The notes under the pieces: model-generated
The model's input: the letters and a program-made list of their open reading frames with translations, nothing else
Database searches by the model: none
What the model was told of the DNA's origin: nothing
DNA from: an uncultured Bifidobacteriaceae bacterium
GTDB taxonomy: Bacteria > Actinomycetota > Actinomycetes > S36-B12
NCBI GenBank assembly: GCA_964551975.1
Contig: CAZKFI010000007.1
Coordinates: forward strand, 1-56,234
Reading direction: 5' to 3'
Length of the DNA: 56,234 bases
In this document: positions 1 to 7,475 of the stretch, one piece after another
Numbering within the stretch: position 1 is the first letter of the stretch
Layout of the letters: each line of letters starts with the position of its first letter
Position numbers and translations under genes: made by a program

Positions 1-151
1 CGAGGTCTCGGATATCTCGAGGATCCACCATGGTCCAGTTCTCGGTAAGCACACTCACCATGCGCGGTGCCGTCACGACATCTCCTCGACTTGGTGACTT
101 AGTGACTGGGGTACAGGGTTACTGGGGTCCTGGGTTACTTGCGTCGTGAAC

Positions 152-958
152 TCAGATGGGCTGGGACATATCAGCGAGGAGTTCGCCCCCAGCGAAGGTC
201 ACCCCAACTTCTCGATAGAAGCCACCGATGATCTCGCGCACTGGCAGGAGACCAGCCGGCTCATCCCAGGGTGAGTCGAAGAGTTCCAGTTCGGCATCGC
301 CCCGCCAGGGCTGACCAAGGTCGGCGTCAACTCCGCGCATGGTCACCAACTGCAGCATCGACATCCCCTGCCCGCTCATTGCCGGCATATAGCGGTTGTG
401 CACCATGGGGTGGCCGTTCACGAATCCGTTGGTGTCACTGGGCTCTTGCAGCGTGACACGGGCGGTGGCGAGTCGATGGTCGTATGCCGCCAACGTCGCA
501 CCGAAGGTGCCGCCGGGCGCGACTCGAGGTGCGGCCTTGCCGTGATTGAAGGCTCGTGTGACGTAGATACTCCCCAATTTCTTCGGATAGCCCTGGAACC
601 AACCTCGACCAATCGCAAAATCGGTGGTAACCCAGATAAGGACGCAGCGGCTGTAGGTCACACCCTGGTATTTCGCACGCACCACCACGAATGCCTCGAG
701 GTACTGCGCGCGCGACGGGTCCAGTAACTCTGCGCCACCGGCACTGCAGGACTGCCAATCAGCCCAGATGAACGCCACTGCACCGGGATCCTCATCGGCC
801 AGATCCAATTCGGCAGGAAGTATCGCTCGGACTTTCTCCACATCCGTTCGATACTCAACGGTCAGCAGATTGCCCGAGTAGAACCAGGGCATCGGCGGCA
901 CCAGCGCCGTGCGTCCCGTGGAGGTGTACGGCGGCAGGAATCCCTGGCTGTGATTCAT
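152..958 (-). CDS. acetoacetate decarboxylase (ADC) family protein
   Basis: 268-aa ORF with ATG at 958. The N-terminal 'PPMPWFYSGNLLTVEYRTD' and the paired-Lys segment 'GYPKKLG' resemble ADC-family enzymes (recalled). No clear SD upstream. Confidence 0.6.
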   Translation of the reverse strand: MNHSQGFLPPYTSTGRTALVPPMPWFYSGNLLTVEYRTDVEKVRAILPAELDLADEDPGAVAFIWADWQSCSAGGAELLDPSRAQYLEAFVVVRAKYQGVTYSRCVLIWVTTDFAIGRGWFQGYPKKLGSIYVTRAFNHGKAAPRVAPGGTFGATLAAYDHRLATARVTLQEPSDTNGFVNGHPMVHNRYMPAMSGQGMSMLQLVTMRGVDADLGQPWRGDAELELFDSPWDEPAGLLPVREIIGGFYREVGVTFAGGELLADMSQPI

Positions 959-976
959 GAGGGGATCGTAGCCAAA

Positions 977-996
977 GTCGTTCGGCCGCGAACGAC
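977..996 (-). terminator. candidate weak intrinsic terminator or stem-loop after the dprE operon
   Basis: Perfect 8-bp stem GTCGTTCG/CGAACGAC with a 4-nt loop, followed on the minus strand by TTTGG only. It lies between the small ORF stop (1044) and the ADC start (958). Confidence 0.25.
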
Positions 997-1043
997 AATT
1001 CCCAAAGCCTGGATCGTGCGCGGTTCCTACGTGTGTGAGTTGG

Positions 1044-1253
1044 CTACCAGATCACGATGGCGATGATGGCCAGCAGCCCGGCGGCTACACCGAGGACGGC
1101 CAGCCCTCGAGGGGTTCGTAGACTTCGTGAACTTCCAAAAATTCGTGAAAGTCGTGAACTTTGCGGACGCACAACCCGTTGACCACCAATGAGACTGAGT
1201 TCGTCATTGCGTGTGCTGGCCTGTCGGGCTACTTCACGCGCTTCATCGAACAC
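1044..1253 (-). CDS. hypothetical small tail-anchored membrane protein
   Basis: 69 codons with a GTG start 12 nt after the dprE2 stop, preceded by GAGGA with a 6-nt spacer. The C-terminal 'GLAVLGVAAGLLAIIAIVIW' is hydrophobic with GC-rich third positions. The middle part is a low-GC 9-nt repeat, so the coding status is uncertain. Confidence 0.4.
   Translation of the reverse strand: MFDEAREVARQASTRNDELSLIGGQRVVRPQSSRLSRIFGSSRSLRTPRGLAVLGVAAGLLAIIAIVIW
1115..1159. repeat. 5 x 9-nt imperfect tandem repeat (plus strand TTCGTAGAC TTCGTGAAC TTCCAAAAA TTCGTGAAA GTCGTGAAC)
   Basis: Read directly from the sequence. It is unusually AT-rich for this window and encodes SLR/SSR/GFI-type triplets inside ORF 1044..1253. 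Confidence 0.85.
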
Positions 1254-1265
1254 GACGCGTCCTCG

Positions 1266-2024
1266 TTAGCGAGCAATCTTGCGGAACACCGGTCGTGGTG
1301 CTGCCTTCAATACGGTCATCACGTAGCGCAGTGGGCCAGGTGCGTAGACGGTATGACGTCCTCGACGGATCGCCCTGACAACGATCTTGGCTACGACATC
1401 GGGGTCTGTTGTCATGGGTGCTTCCGGTAACCCCGCGCTCATGCGGGTGCGCACCATGCCCGGGCGCACGACGAGAACCTGCACGCCGGTGCCATGCAGG
1501 GCATCGCCAAGACCCTGTGCGAACGCATCGAGTCCGGCTTTGGTCGACCCGTAAATGAAGTTGGCCCGTCGGGCGCGGTCCCCGGCCACACTCGAGAACA
1601 CCACCAGACTGCCGTGCCCCTGGCTGCGCATGCGTCCAGCCACGTAGAGGCCGGTACTCACCGCACCGGTGTAGTTGGTGGTTGCAACCTGTACTGCCAG
1701 TGCGGGGTCCTGCTCAGCTGCCGCCTGATCGCCCAGAATGCCGAATGCCAGCAGTGCGATGTCGATATCACCGGCATCGAATATCGCATTGATCACCCGC
1801 TCATGGGTGTTGACAGCCGTGGCGTCGAAGTCCACGGCAACCACACCATTGATGCCAGCCTGTGCCAACGATTGCACGGCGGCATCGCGTTGAGGTGATG
1901 GTCGCGCAGCGAGGACAACCCGCCGAAGCCGAGCACGAGGGAGTTCCAGCACAGTCGCAAGGGCGATTTCGCTCGTACCACCTAGCACCAACACAGACTG
2001 CGGTTCGCCGACAGCATCGATCAC
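1266..2024 (-). CDS. dprE2: decaprenylphospho-beta-D-erythro-pentofuranosid-2-ulose 2-reductase (SDR family)
   Basis: 252 aa, colinear with recalled M. tuberculosis DprE2 ('LGGTSEI', 'RRANFIYGSTKAGLD', 'VLVVRPGMVRTRMSA', 'RYVMTVLK...FRK'). The GTG start overlaps the dprE1 stop as GTGA (2021-2024). Confidence 0.9.
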   Translation of the reverse strand: MIDAVGEPQSVLVLGGTSEIALATVLELPRARLRRVVLAARPSPQRDAAVQSLAQAGINGVVAVDFDATAVNTHERVINAIFDAGDIDIALLAFGILGDQAAAEQDPALAVQVATTNYTGAVSTGLYVAGRMRSQGHGSLVVFSSVAGDRARRANFIYGSTKAGLDAFAQGLGDALHGTGVQVLVVRPGMVRTRMSAGLPEAPMTTDPDVVAKIVVRAIRRGRHTVYAPGPLRYVMTVLKAAPRPVFRKIAR

Positions 2025-3403
2025 AGTTCAAGCCTCCTGCTCAGGTCAGAGGTGAAAACCCCTTGCGGGTCGAGCCTTGCACGCTGTGCGCGCCACTCGG
2101 CCAGCCGCGGATATGTGCGTTCAAACATATGCGGTGACATGCGCGAATCCTTGGCCAGATACAGCCGGCCTCCGACTGTCGCCACCACTTCGTCGAGTTC
2201 ATTGAGCACCTCGGCTAGACCCGTAAGCCGCGCGGGCACATCGGCGGCGAGGGTCCAACCCGGCTGCGGGAACGACAGCGGTGCGGGGTTAGCCGGTCCG
2301 AATCGCTTCAGCACGGTCAGGAAGCTGGGGGCACCAATCTCGCGCATCCTGCGTAGTGCCAGGCCGACGGTGTCACCGGCCTGATCTGGCACGACGAACT
2401 GGTACTGCAGGAAGCCCCCCGGTCCGTAGATCCGATTCCACTCCAGCACCCCGTCGAGCGGATGGAAAAACCCTGCGATCGACTGCAGTTCGCCTTCCCG
2501 CTGCTTGGGATGACGACGGAACCAGGCCTCATTGAAGGCTCGTGCCGACCACCGGTTGAGGACACCACTGGGGATGAATGGCGGTGCGGTTGCCACTGCC
2601 CGCGGTCCGTATTCCAGAGCCTTGGCCCGATCCCCAGCGGACAGGGCTTCCACGGGTGCATGGTCGCCGCGGGTGATGACGCCGCGTCCCGAGCGAGAAA
2701 CACTGTCGATCCAGGCAACCGAGTAGCGGTACTGGTCATCGCGGGCGAGCATGCGTGCCATGACGTCGTCGAGGTCGTCCGCGCGCTCGGTGTCGACAAG
2801 CATGCGCGAACTGGTGATCGGAATGCCTGTGAAGGTGGCCTGGGTGACGACTCCCGTCAAGCCCATACCCCCAACGGTTGCCCAAAATGCGTCGGAATCA
2901 GGGCCACCTGGCTGCAGTGTTCGTACCTCACCTGTGCCGTCCACCATCACCAGTTCCTCGACATGGTTACCGAAGCTGCCAGCACCGTGATGGTTCTTGC
3001 CGTGGATATCAGCTGCGATGGCTCCGCCGATGGTCACCATGCGGGTCCCCGCGGTCACGGGAACGAACAGTCCCTGCGGCACGATCTGCCGAAGCACCGC
3101 GTCAACGCTGGCTCCGGCCCCTGCGGTGATCGCGTGTCCGGCAATCCGAACGTCACTCAGTGCCGCAAGGTCAAGTACGGTCGCCCCGCCGCTTTGCGCC
3201 GCGTCACCGTAGGAGCGACCCAGGCCCCGCGCCAACACTCCACGCGGGCCGGCGGAACGAATGGCATCCTGCACCTGCGCAACTGATGTCACCGCATGTT
3301 GGGTTGCCGAACTCGGTGCCGTCCGACCCCAGCCGGTGAGCATTGCCTCACTGGCAGAGGCCGAGAGCGGAAGGGTGGCGCTACCACCGGGCTTCGGGCT
3401 CAC
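2021..3403 (-). CDS. dprE1: decaprenylphosphoryl-beta-D-ribose 2'-oxidase (FAD-dependent)
   Basis: 460 aa with 'LTGWGRTAPS', 'ARGLGRSYGD', 'GFLQYQFVVP', 'RLYLAKDSR' and C-terminal 'FTSDLSRRLEL', as in Mtb DprE1. GTG start at 3403. Confidence 0.9.
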   Translation of the reverse strand: MSPKPGGSATLPLSASASEAMLTGWGRTAPSSATQHAVTSVAQVQDAIRSAGPRGVLARGLGRSYGDAAQSGGATVLDLAALSDVRIAGHAITAGAGASVDAVLRQIVPQGLFVPVTAGTRMVTIGGAIAADIHGKNHHGAGSFGNHVEELVMVDGTGEVRTLQPGGPDSDAFWATVGGMGLTGVVTQATFTGIPITSSRMLVDTERADDLDDVMARMLARDDQYRYSVAWIDSVSRSGRGVITRGDHAPVEALSAGDRAKALEYGPRAVATAPPFIPSGVLNRWSARAFNEAWFRRHPKQREGELQSIAGFFHPLDGVLEWNRIYGPGGFLQYQFVVPDQAGDTVGLALRRMREIGAPSFLTVLKRFGPANPAPLSFPQPGWTLAADVPARLTGLAEVLNELDEVVATVGGRLYLAKDSRMSPHMFERTYPRLAEWRAQRARLDPQGVFTSDLSRRLEL

Positions 3404-3498
3404 AGATCTAGCGTCCTCATATCTATCGTCCTCGTATCTATCGTCCTCATAGACCCTGTCGTCTGCATAGACCTCGTCTTCATAGACCTCGTCTTCAT
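3400..3498 (-). CDS. candidate 32-codon bridging mini-ORF (MKTRSMKTRSMQTTGSMRTIDTRTIDMRTLDL)
   Basis: Its ATG overlaps the ubiA TGA (ATGA, 3495-3498) and its TGA overlaps the dprE1 GTG (GTGA, 3400-3403). It consists entirely of the tandem repeat and is rich in AGG, ATA and CTA codons. There is no evidence of translation. Confidence 0.3.
   Translation of the reverse strand: MKTRSMKTRSMQTTGSMRTIDTRTIDMRTLDL
3406..3498. repeat. six imperfect 15-nt (one 18-nt) tandem units filling the ubiA-dprE1 spacer
   Basis: Minus strand reads ATGAAGACGAGGTCT x2, ATGCAGACGACAGGGTCT, ATGAGGACGATAGAT, ACGAGGACGATAGAT, ATGAGGACGCTAGAT. Confidence 0.9.
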
Positions 3499-4481
3499 AA
3501 ACCCATCGTCCCTAGGCTGAACAGCACAAGCCACGCCGCTCCCAGACCCAGCAGTACTCGATCGCTCAACACGGCATCCTCTGGTGCTTCCGCGCGGCCG
3601 CGGTCGATCACCACCGCGTACCGAAGGATGGCTAACACAAAGGGCACGATGCTCCAGGCTGCCCAGGGAAATGTCGAAGGCGACTGCCCAACCTCGAACG
3701 CCCACAGGCAGTAGGCGCTGATCGTGACAGCTGCCGCAATCGCCCAGGTGAAGCGCAGGAATCCGACCGTGTAACCGTCGAGGCTTCGGCGCCGGACACC
3801 TGGCTGACCGGCGGGTGCCTCGGGCGTGATGTGGCCGGTTGAACGCTCAAGCTCGCTGAAGCGCTTGCCTGCCGCCATAAATAGGGAACCGAAGCCAGCC
3901 ACGATGAGGAACCACTGCGAGATCGGCAGATCACTGGCCACACCACCCGCGATTGCACGCAGCAGGAACCCCAGGGCTAGGAGACCCAGTTCGATGACCG
4001 GCTCATGCTTCAGAAGCAGTGAGTAGGCGGTGGTGCAGATGAGGTAGGCGACCACGACCCAGGCGAGCTCCGGACGCACGAACCAAGCAAGGGTCAGGCC
4101 AGCTAGAGCAATCACCACGGCACTGATGAGGGCTACCGGAATGGAGATCTGACCAGCGGCGATAGGTCTGCCCCGCTTGACCGGGTGAGCCCGGTCGATT
4201 TCTACATCCCGTACGTCATTAATGAGGTACGTAGCGCTAGACACCAGGCAGAAGGCGGCAAAGGCGCCGAGCGTGTCGAGGAGGACCGGCAGTTCCCCGA
4301 TTGCCCCGGCCGCCAACGGTGCGGCGAACACGAGGACGTTCTTCAGCCACTGCCGCGGACGCAAGCCGGCAAGCCATGCACCGACGGGGCTGCGAGCAGG
4401 AACTCCCGAGTCGGGGATCTGCTGGCCGGATTGGTTAGTTGCTGCGCTCAACGCTCGCCCCCGGCTCGGAGTCGCCCGCAA
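3495..4481 (-). CDS. ubiA: decaprenyl-phosphate 5-phosphoribosyltransferase (UbiA prenyltransferase family)
   Basis: Multi-TM protein with 'RPRQWLKNVLVFAAPLAAG', 'NDVRDVEIDRAHPVKRGRPIAAG' and 'LRAIAGGVAS...GSLFMAAGKRFSEL', matching recalled Mtb Rv3806c. The start is uncertain: TTG at 4481 or TTG at 4451. Confidence 0.85.
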   Translation of the reverse strand: MRATPSRGRALSAATNQSGQQIPDSGVPARSPVGAWLAGLRPRQWLKNVLVFAAPLAAGAIGELPVLLDTLGAFAAFCLVSSATYLINDVRDVEIDRAHPVKRGRPIAAGQISIPVALISAVVIALAGLTLAWFVRPELAWVVVAYLICTTAYSLLLKHEPVIELGLLALGFLLRAIAGGVASDLPISQWFLIVAGFGSLFMAAGKRFSELERSTGHITPEAPAGQPGVRRRSLDGYTVGFLRFTWAIAAAVTISAYCLWAFEVGQSPSTFPWAAWSIVPFVLAILRYAVVIDRGRAEAPEDAVLSDRVLLGLGAAWLVLFSLGTMGL

Positions 4482-4962
4482 TACGGGCCAACTGTGGAAC
4501 GACCAAGAACCAGGTCACCAGGTGCATGAGCAGGAGTGCAGCGCGGGTGGTCCACGGCACATCCGCAGGTTGCAGAACTGGCCCGGCCAGCGAGCACAGG
4601 GCGATGATCGTGCCGATCCAGAAGACCAACCGTCTGGCCTGTCGACGCCCAAGCAACGCCCAGGAACCCAGGGCGCCGATCATGGCGGCGGCCAGGGGCA
4701 GCAGCAGAACTTCGAACCAGGTGAGGTTCACGGAGGGATTGGATGCTCCGCCAACGGCAACGAGGAAGGGCGTGCCGAAAAGGCGTGCGATGGCAAAGAC
4801 GATGAGGCTCACCAGGCCAGACCACAGACCCGTGACCAACCCCGCGTAGGCAAGTTCCCGCAGTCGGGGGCTCGCTGAGGCAGGTGGGGCAACCGGCGTG
4901 ACGGACATTTCCCAGGGGCCCGTCTGCACGTGATCATTGTGGGCCATGGCATCCGCTTGCAA
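4435..4962 (-). CDS. hypothetical 4-TM membrane protein
   Basis: 175-aa ORF with four hydrophobic segments, on the same strand and immediately upstream of ubiA. The start is uncertain (ATG 4962, 4947 or later). I cannot verify a family. Confidence 0.5.
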   Translation of the reverse strand: MQADAMAHNDHVQTGPWEMSVTPVAPPASASPRLRELAYAGLVTGLWSGLVSLIVFAIARLFGTPFLVAVGGASNPSVNLTWFEVLLLPLAAAMIGALGSWALLGRRQARRLVFWIGTIIALCSLAGPVLQPADVPWTTRAALLLMHLVTWFLVVPQLARIAGDSEPGASVERSN

Positions 4963-4987
4963 AAGTTAACGCCAAGGAGGATGCTTA

Positions 4988-5001
4988 TTACTCGTCAGTA
5001 A
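4988..5001. promoter_or_regulatory. candidate operator (TTACT-CGTC-AGTAA) upstream of the acyl-CoA dehydrogenase gene
   Basis: AT-rich inverted repeat with 5-bp arms, 20 nt upstream of ATG 5022 in a 59-nt divergent intergenic region. An SD-like GGAAGGA follows it. Confidence 0.2.
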
Positions 5002-5021
5002 CATCGGCCGGAAGGATCCCC

Positions 5022-6860
5022 ATGGGCCACTACCGCGGCAACCTGCGCGACCTGGAGTTCAACCTCTTCGAGGTCTTTCGCATTCAGGATCACCTAGGGC
5101 GCACGCCCTACGACGACATCGACGTCGATACGGCGAAGGAAGTCCTGCGCGAGGTGCAGCGCATGGCCGAAGGACCCCTGGCCGAATCCTTCGTCGATGC
5201 CGACCGCAATCCGCCGATCTACGACCCCGCGACAAAGAGTGTTGTCATGCCTGAGTCATTCAAGGCGTCCTACCGGGCACTCTTTGACGCCGAGTGGTGG
5301 CGCCTAGACCTGCCCCCACACCTTGGCGGCTCTGGTGCACCACCCACCCTGCGCTGGGCTGCGAGCGAGTTGCTGCTTGGTTCGAATCCAGCCGCCTTCA
5401 TGTACATGTCCGGGCCTGGGTTCGCTTCCATCCTCGACGCAATCGGCAACGATGAGCAAAAACAGATTGCGGTTCTCACGATTGAAAAGGGCTGGGGCTC
5501 CACCATGGTGCTCACTGAGCCAGACGCGGGCTCGGATGTTGGTGCGGGTCGGGCGAAGGCCTTTGATAACGGCGACGGAACATGGCGCATCGAGGGCGTC
5601 AAGCGGTTCATCAGTTCAGCCGAACACGACATGGCTGAGAACATCATGCATCTGGTTCTGGCCCGTCCAGAAGGCGCCGGGCCGGGCACCAAGGGTCTCT
5701 CGCTGTTCTTGGTTCCCAAGTTCCTGTTCAACGTCGAGACCGGTGAACTCGGCGAACGCAATGGCGTCTGGGCAACGAACGTCGAGAAGAAGATGGGTCT
5801 CAAGGCGTCCACGACCTGCGAGTTGACGTTTGGCGACGGCAAGCCGGCCATTGGCTGGCTCATCGGTGATGTGCACGACGGCATCGCGCAGATGTTCAAG
5901 GTGATCGAGTACGCCCGCATGATGGTGGGCACCAAAGCCATCGCCACCCTTTCAACCGGGTACCTCAATGCACTGGACTACGCGAAGACCCGAGTACAGG
6001 GTGCCGACCTCACTCAGATGATGGACAAGTCCGCGCCCCGGGTCACCATCACCCATCACCCGGATGTGCGTCGCGGACTCATGCTGCAGAAGGCCTACGC
6101 CGAGGGTATGCGGGCGATGGTGCTCTACACCGCCACCTGGCAGGAGCAGATTCAGATGGCCGAGGCCGGGATCGCGAACAGCGAGGGCATGGACCTGGAG
6201 CTGGCTGAGCGCATGAACGATCTCCTGCTGCCTGTGGTGAAGGGCGTTGGTTCGGAGCGTTCCTACGAGGTACTCGCCACCTCGCTGCAGACATTCGGTG
6301 GGTCCGGATTCCTCCAGGACTACCCGATCGAGCAGTACGTACGTGACGCCAAAATCGACACCCTGTACGAGGGCACCACTGCGATTCAAGGACTGGACTT
6401 CTTCTTCCGGAAGATGGTTCGCGACCAGTTCCGAGCAATCACCTACCTCGCCAGCCAGATCACCGAAACCGTGAAGGGTGATGAAGGCCGCGGTGCCCTG
6501 GCGCTTGAGCGTGAACTCCTTGGCAAGGCTCTGGAAGAAGTTCAGGCAATGGTGGGAAGTCTCGGACAGTGGGCCATGGCCTCGCAGCAGGATCCCCAGG
6601 AGATCTACCGGGTTGGACTCAACACCACGCGCCTGCTCATGGCCTGCGGAGACCTGATCATCGGTTGGCTACTCGTGCGTCAAGCCGAGGTTGCCCTGGC
6701 TGCCCTGGAGCGCGGTTCCGCGGAGCGGGATTTCTACGAGGGCAAGATCCAGGCTGCTCGCTGGTTTGCCGCAAACCGCCTACCCCTGCTCGCCGCAGAG
6801 CGCATCGTGCTGCAGTCCACCACGCTTGACCTGATGGAGATGCCTGAGGACGCGTTCTAG
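5022..6860 (+). CDS. fadE5: long-form acyl-CoA dehydrogenase (FadE5-like, about 610 aa)
   Basis: 612 aa. The N-terminus '[19 protein letters not shown]' resembles recalled Mtb FadE5. The ACAD core is present ('[10 protein letters not shown]', '[16 protein letters not shown]'), followed by a C-terminal extension domain. Confidence 0.8.
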   Translation: MGHYRGNLRDLEFNLFEVFRIQDHLGRTPYDDIDVDTAKEVLREVQRMAEGPLAESFVDADRNPPIYDPATKSVVMPESFKASYRALFDAEWWRLDLPPHLGGSGAPPTLRWAASELLLGSNPAAFMYMSGPGFASILDAIGNDEQKQIAVLTIEKGWGSTMVLTEPDAGSDVGAGRAKAFDNGDGTWRIEGVKRFISSAEHDMAENIMHLVLARPEGAGPGTKGLSLFLVPKFLFNVETGELGERNGVWATNVEKKMGLKASTTCELTFGDGKPAIGWLIGDVHDGIAQMFKVIEYARMMVGTKAIATLSTGYLNALDYAKTRVQGADLTQMMDKSAPRVTITHHPDVRRGLMLQKAYAEGMRAMVLYTATWQEQIQMAEAGIANSEGMDLELAERMNDLLLPVVKGVGSERSYEVLATSLQTFGGSGFLQDYPIEQYVRDAKIDTLYEGTTAIQGLDFFFRKMVRDQFRAITYLASQITETVKGDEGRGALALERELLGKALEEVQAMVGSLGQWAMASQQDPQEIYRVGLNTTRLLMACGDLIIGWLLVRQAEVALAALERGSAERDFYEGKIQAARWFAANRLPLLAAERIVLQSTTLDLMEMPEDAF

Positions 6861-6888
6861 TCCGGAGGGCGACACGTACGCTCAAGGT

Positions 6889-7467
6889 ATGCGCTCGCCC
6901 GAACCTCGCGTCATGTCCTGGCTCCGCCTGGTGTGTGTCATGGCGTTCGGGGCAGGTGTGTTTGTCCTAGCTCCTGCGGCCTCGGCTCATGCCGATCTCG
7001 TCAGCAGTAGCCCGGCCGATGGCGAGGTCCTGACCCAAGCACCGGCTGAGGTCACTCTCACGTTTACCGATCGGCTCATTGTCGATGGCGTGCAGGTGAG
7101 CATCGTCGCGGCTGATGGTTCGGTTGTCACGAGTGACCCACCGAGGGTGACCGACTCGGTCGTCACGCTGCCGTGGCCCGATACCGCCGGACCAGGTGAG
7201 TATCAGGTGGGCTACCGCGTCGTCTCTGCCGATGGTCACCCGGTAACCGGTGACCTCACCTTCGCCATCGCTGTACCCAGCGGTGGTCAGTCGCCGCCCG
7301 CAACGAATACAACGATGCCCTCCGACGCACCTTCAACGGACCCGACCCCGCCCAGTGAACAGGACTCCACACCGGGTGGCACAGCGGTGCCGTTGGCAAT
7401 CGCGCTCGTCGCCGCCGGCGCTGTTGCCGTTGCTGCCGCACTCGCGCTACGACGCCGGAATCGTTAA
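6889..7467 (+). CDS. copC: copper resistance protein CopC, membrane-anchored
   Basis: Signal peptide, then 'HADLVSSSPADGEVL...VTLTFTD' and 'YRVVSADGHPVTG' (CopC fold motifs). A Pro/Thr linker and a C-terminal TM follow. Confidence 0.8.
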   Translation: MRSPEPRVMSWLRLVCVMAFGAGVFVLAPAASAHADLVSSSPADGEVLTQAPAEVTLTFTDRLIVDGVQVSIVAADGSVVTSDPPRVTDSVVTLPWPDTAGPGEYQVGYRVVSADGHPVTGDLTFAIAVPSGGQSPPATNTTMPSDAPSTDPTPPSEQDSTPGGTAVPLAIALVAAGAVAVAAALALRRRNR

Positions 7468-7475
7468 GCATCGCT

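Noticed and set aside
1-61. Possible 5' end of a minus-strand gene (ATG at 61, MVSVLTENWTMVDPRDIRDL...) running off the left edge
   Set aside because: Only 20 codons are visible, with no SD and no identifiable motif. It cannot be supported as a feature.
1115-1159. parS site. The TTCGTGAA units resemble a half of the GTTTCACGTGAAAC palindrome. I also scanned near parAB.
   Set aside because: Only half-site-like direct repeats are present. I could not find a full 14-16-bp palindrome anywhere in the window by eye. A motif scan is needed before any parS call.
3406-3498. CRISPR array as an explanation for the tandem repeats (also 29805-29867, 42580-42639 and 46999-47118)
   Set aside because: Units are 9-15 nt and directly abutting, with no unique spacers. 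No cas genes are present. This is not CRISPR architecture.
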